Source: Octopus sinensis
Lineage: Eukaryota
Direction: 5' to 3'
Assembly: GCF_006345805.1 (NCBI RefSeq)
Contig: NW_021835891.1
Span: 1 to 58,052 of the forward strand
DNA: 58,052 nt
Part shown: piece by piece, positions 52,858 through 58,052 of the stretch
Layout of the letters: every line of letters begins with the position of its first letter
Position numbering within the stretch: the stretch's first letter is position 1
Notes under the pieces: model-generated
Databases searched by the model: none
What the model was told of the DNA's origin: nothing
Seen by the model: only the letters and a program-made list of their open reading frames with translations
Program-made: the position numbers and the translations under genes

Positions 52858-54394
52858 TAATTTCTCAAGGCGCGTACGTAAACATTGTGCTACATAACCC
52901 AGGGCGCCATTATTTATATGTACAAACCTGAACTTGTAATCTGGATAAAGTAACTGCAGATTTTTCAATAGTTGAGCTTTATGTTAAGATCCGCTGGGCA
53001 GCTAATTTCTTCAACTGTACACAGTTTCTCTTCTCTATCCCAAATCATTATATATACATGTAATTTTTTGGACTAATGTATATCTGTCAATGATTGTTTT
53101 GAATAAAGCATGTTCACAGATTGGGCTACCTTGACACAGCTTCCCACCCATATAGGACAGTCGCGGGGGTGAGGGTTCGCAACGATCGTCGTACTGAATA
53201 AAACGAAATGCCAAATCTATCTTCCGTTTCCTTCATCAATGGCCATTATTAATGCGGGTGTGTGCGAGCGTATGCGTGTCGCGCGTGCATATATATGCGT
53301 TTAGGTTACCGTGGTCTTTTTCGTAGGCTTTTCTTTCCACGGATAAACCTTATCTGTTTCCCCTCTTTACACTTTACATCATGACATTTCTGTGATACAC
53401 GATGCCTATTGATCGTTTTTATTTTTACGATCCCTTTTGATCGAAAACCCCTTTTTTTTCTTCCCAAAAAGAAAAGCTCAACTTTGTAATTTGTCCCCTC
53501 TGTGATCAGCCCTGTGTGGCTAATATAGAAACATATCTCGGGGTGCGTTATCTCATTCGGTCTGAGATATTCAGAGATTTTTAACACCCGGCTGTCATGA
53601 AGGGGTGTTTTCCAGGGCGTTCACCCACAGCTATGGGTGTATGAATAAAACACACTATCTACGTCACCAGGATGATATTTACATTATTAAACCTGCTGTT
53701 AATGCAAAATTTAAGATATAGATATGTGTATATATAGTTAAGTATACATTAATGTATAAAGAAAGAAGCTTTTTACGCAAATGTGTCTGTGTGTGTTTGT
53801 GTGTATGTGTGTGCGTGTTTAGGCTTGTTTTTATGTATATTTTCATAGAAAACAGTGAAACATTCGATTAAAATGCTACTTTATGTCGTTTGCAGGTTCT
53901 ATTTTCTTTCTACAAAGAAAAGATTAGCTGTTACTTCGATGTTCTGCTTTGGTAGTCTTTACCAGTCTGGTGAATGCTGTTGTGTATGAAATGTCTATTG
54001 TGTATGTGTGTGAATGTGGTGTGAGGGAGAGAGAAGGATAGAGAGGGACAGAGAGAGAGGAACAAAGAGAGAAAATAATTGTGTGTGTGCGAGAGAGAGA
54101 AAAAGACAGAGAGAAACAAAGAGAGAGAATGATTGTGCGTGTGCGAGAGAGAGAAAAAGACAGTGCGGGCATGTGAGAGAGAGACACTGTGAGCGTGTGA
54201 GAGAGAGAGAGTGTGTGTGTGTGTGTTTGTATGTGTTCGCGCGCGCGTGTGTGTGCGTATGTGCGTGTGTGTGTGTGCGTATGTGCGTGTGTGTGTGTGT
54301 GTGTGCACGTGTGCGTGTGCGTGTGCACGTGTGCGTGTGTGTATGTAAATAATAAGAGAGAAAAACAAACACACAGATGGATAGAGAGAGAGAC

Positions 54395-54445
<51 letters not shown>

Positions 54446-54479
54446 TTGATAGATAGATAGACAGATAGCTATGTAGATT

Positions 54480-54529
<50 letters not shown>

Positions 54530-55296
54530 TAGATATTGAAGGATTGATTAAGCGATCAATATCACAGCTTTTATTCGAAATATATATATTATGAGTATTG
54601 ATAAACAAATTTCTTTACAGAGTCAGCGGACCTTAACGCGGTCACGGCCCATTGAGTAAACGTGACAAGTGCTCACAGATGGTCAATTACACGAAATCCT
54701 ACAGAAGAAACCAACCACTAATAGCCAGGTCCTTATATCTTGTTAGAGAGATACTCAGCCAGACCATGATGAAGTCTACTTTTGTTGTTGTTGTTGTTGT
54801 TCTTGTTATTGTTGTTGTTTTATTGATGTTGTTTTGGGGTTGTTTGCTGTTGTAGTTGTTGCTTGTGGTGTAATGGTTGTCGTTGTCGTTGTTGTCGTTG
54901 TTGTTGGCGTTAATATTCCTTATATATGTCATATTCTCCAGATAGATGAGACATAGGTAGATCTATAACTATCACGTTGATAAAATATTAGTTTTACCGA
55001 TATTTGTAATGGTTCGTGTATTAATGGTTGTATGTAGGTAGTACACCTGTACGACTGGTGTTTGTACAGGTGTACGTACGTACGTATATGTGCGCATGCA
55101 TGTTTCTGTGTGTGTTCAGGCTTATAGTTACGTACGTGTATATGTATATATATATATATACATATATATATAAATATATATATATATACATAGTCGTAGG
55201 AGTGGCTCTGTGGTAAGAAGCTTGCTAACGAACCACATGGTTCCGGGTTCAGTCCCACTGCGTGACAACTTGGGCAAGTGTCTTAAAAATAGCCTT

Positions 55297-55455
55297 TTCT
55301 GAAATTTTAGGTAAAATTTTCAAGAAATTTTTCAAAACTTTTTGGGGAAAATTTCAAAAAATTTTTCAAAAATTTTAGGGAAAATTTCAAAAAATTTTTC
55401 AAAAAATTTTTGGGGAAAATTTTCAAAAAATTTTTCGAAAGATTTTTCAAAAATT
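55297..55455. repeat. A-tract/T-tract array (AAAAATTTTTC; about 30-bp higher-order unit with a G-run)
   Basis: Visible directly in the sequence. Confidence 0.85.
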
Positions 55456-56089
55456 GGAATTGTAGGCCCGTCTCTCGTAATTTCGATCAATTGGATCTTG
55501 TCCTCCCTCTTGTATAGAAGTGTACGGCTGCAGCGAAATTCATTTTTGGACTTTCTTCTATCGAAGAGATCTTAATAAAAACGCTTACGTAAAGACGGTG
55601 AAATTATTGTCAATTTCCCCAAAAAGGGACACAATTCAATTTTTGAATAATAACCAAATCCCGTCCTCCGAAAGGGGGAGGGTTACGGTTTACAATTATT
55701 TAACAAATGCAACACAACAACGCTTCCCTGACGAGGAACCAACAGACGAGATTACAATAGTCAAACAGTAATAATAATAACAACAAACCTTTTTAATTTA
55801 TCCTCATTTATGTGAAACCACTTATTCAAGTTCAAGTCATTGATGCAATTTTATACGAAATGCTAATACACACACACATAATAAGGGTGAAAAATTGAAT
55901 AATAATTTGATTAATATGAATTGAAAACCAGTGGTGTAGCATATAAGACCATAGCGGATCTTCTAGCAAAATGGATGACCATTGTTAATGGTTCATCTCT
56001 GTTATATAATACTTTCACTTTAATAGTGAAAGTGTCTGCATTTTTATTTCACTTTTAACACGTAATGCTGAAATAGTGGAGAAGATATG

Positions 56090-56248
56090 ATATTGCTGTG
56101 GGGTCGCCCTAGGGAAAAAGTTAAGATTTTTTTGCCGATGACACTCCCCGGACTTTAAGTAAGGCATGTGTAAACTTGAATGAAATTGGTTGTGTAGTTC
56201 TCAAGTTTTAGGGAAACACACAGACAGAAGACAGACACTCATTCTCAG

Positions 56249-56270
<22 letters not shown>
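56090..56270 (+). mobile_element. Possible non-autonomous Helitron/Helentron-type (HINE-like) end
   Basis: AAACTTGAATGAAATTGGTTGTGTAGTTCTCAAG...ACAGACAG...TTATATATAT layout resembles such elements. No coding evidence. Confidence 0.35.
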
Positions 56271-56288
<18 letters not shown>

Positions 56289-56679
56289 TATTTATTTATT
56301 TATATTAATATACAAGTATATAATTATATATGTGTGTGCGCGTGTGTATGATACCTACAACTTGCCAAGGATGATGATGGTGATGACGACGACGACGACG
56401 ATGATGTTGTTGTTGATATTGATGATGGTGGCGATGGAGATAATCGAAATTGAGAAGTTGATTATATGGAAAATTGAAAGAACTCGAAGAGAATATATCG
56501 ATGAAGATTAAGTTAATGCTGGTATTCTCTAACGATATACGTTGCGGTGAACTTCTATAATCCCCTCATATACATATATACATATTGCACATACTTATAC
56601 ATAAGTATATATAAACCATATATATATATATATTTAGATAGATAGATTGAAAGATATACATATATGCACACATATATAA

Positions 56680-56719
<40 letters not shown>

Positions 56720-56945
56720 ATATATATATATATATGCAAGAATGTATGTATGTATTTATGTATGTATGTATGTATGTAGTGTTATGTATACGTATGTATA
56801 AATATAATATATACACGCACATTCAGCAATTATGTTTTAATATTGTTGTTGTTGTTCTTCTTCTTCTATTTCCTCCCCTTCTTTTTCTTCTTCTTTTACG
56901 TATCATTATAATAATAATTATTTTTTTTTAATAGTAGTAGCAGTC

Positions 56946-57018
<73 letters not shown>

Positions 57019-57855
57019 GTCTAAAATATTTTGCGTTTTCAGCAGTTTGGTAAAATAATCAAATTTTTAAATCGGTTCAAATGTGTTTCTGATGTTGTTG
57101 ACCTGTAAAAAAGGCCATTTAACACCGACTTGCCATGGAGAAAATTTTTACTTTAGGCAATAGCTGTTACTAACATCAGATATTTCGAGAATGCTCTCAT
57201 AGTCAGATGTAACTTCCAAATCATATTAAGGTTTTCTCACCCACAAATATACACACAGATGCATGTATGAGCGAGTAACATCTTCGATATTTGTCGCAGA
57301 AAACATATGCGCATATTGCTGACAAAACCGAAAATGTCGTTTCAAGTTTAATCCCTTGGGATGTTAACTCGCCAGCGAGTAATAGAAAAATCCCTTGTCA
57401 CTTGTCAACTTTCTCTAGAAGAAATGCAATTAGCTGTTTGAAACCAGCAAGGCAATACAGTTATTGTTCACCAGTTCGATATAGAATTTCAAAATTACCA
57501 TTCAGGCGCCACATCGGCACGAGGTATACTTTTGTTCTTATTGATTCTGGATTTTCTGCATAAGCACGGGGTGAAGAGGAAATGTTTCGAGATCGATAGA
57601 AATACGAGCATACATATTTTAGTAAATGTCAATGAAATCAACCATGCATTCTTTGATAATAAATCGAAATTTGATTTGGTTTATTTATTTATTTATTATT
57701 ATTTTTTTTTTTTGGCATCGTTAAATGTAAATTTTTATTGAAATGATGGCGTATTGGAGAAAAGAAATATTGCTTGATGTGAAGTTAATTCAAAGATATG
57801 GATAGGGTACAGGTGAGAGGAAACTAGGGAAAAGTCACACACTACCGTTTTCATA

Positions 57856-58048
57856 ATGTGGCAATCCCTGGAAAGGGAAGAAGTGCTAATGCTATTTAGC
57901 CCCAGGAAACACCGTTTCCAGTTGGCTATGTGACACACGTGTTCTGTGTCCTTAAGTGAAGAACGCTTGTATCACATAACCAACTGGAAACGATGTTTTC
58001 TGGGGCTAAATAGCAGTAGCATTCTTCCCTTTACTGGGACTGCCGCAT
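57856..58048. repeat. Hairpin/MITE-like element, about 90-bp arms with a 14-nt loop
   Basis: 57856-57945 is the reverse complement of 57960-58048, with about a dozen differences, many of them transitions. Confidence 0.88.
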
Positions 58049-58052
58049 AAGT

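Noticed and set aside
57171-57213. Minus-strand CTGA-CTAT-GA-GAG(CATT)CTC-GAAA-TATC
   Set aside because: Three extra nucleotides in the core and an offset stem I; better explained as a small imperfect hairpin.

Overview
Eukaryotic, AT-rich, extremely microsatellite- and SINE-dense DNA. The repeat families look like those of an Octopus genome; this is an inference from recognising the families, not a database result. There is one clear protein-coding element: a single large 3' exon (+, 24061-25807) of a repetitive neuropeptide precursor. It encodes 43 dibasic-flanked, non-amidated decapeptides [N/Q/S][L/F]D[S/T][V/I]G[S/A]GLI of the pedal-peptide/orcokinin-B type. The start codon and most of the signal peptide lie in an upstream exon I could not locate with confidence. 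The rest of the window holds tRNA-derived SINEs, relics of CR1, R4/Dong, Penelope and mariner elements, microsatellite-bounded tandem duplications and several long inverted repeats. The signal not explained by the ORF track is a set of minimal type I hammerhead ribozyme motifs of the kind carried by Penelope-like elements, in at least four sequence-unrelated families. One is fully canonical (10745-10789, minus) and sits in the loop of a fold-back element whose ribozyme-less relative lies at 57856-58048. Another forms a head-to-head 131-bp palindrome (40436-40566). Nearly all ORFs in the supplied track are microsatellite translations. All folds and alignments were done by eye and need computational confirmation; repeat boundaries are approximate.
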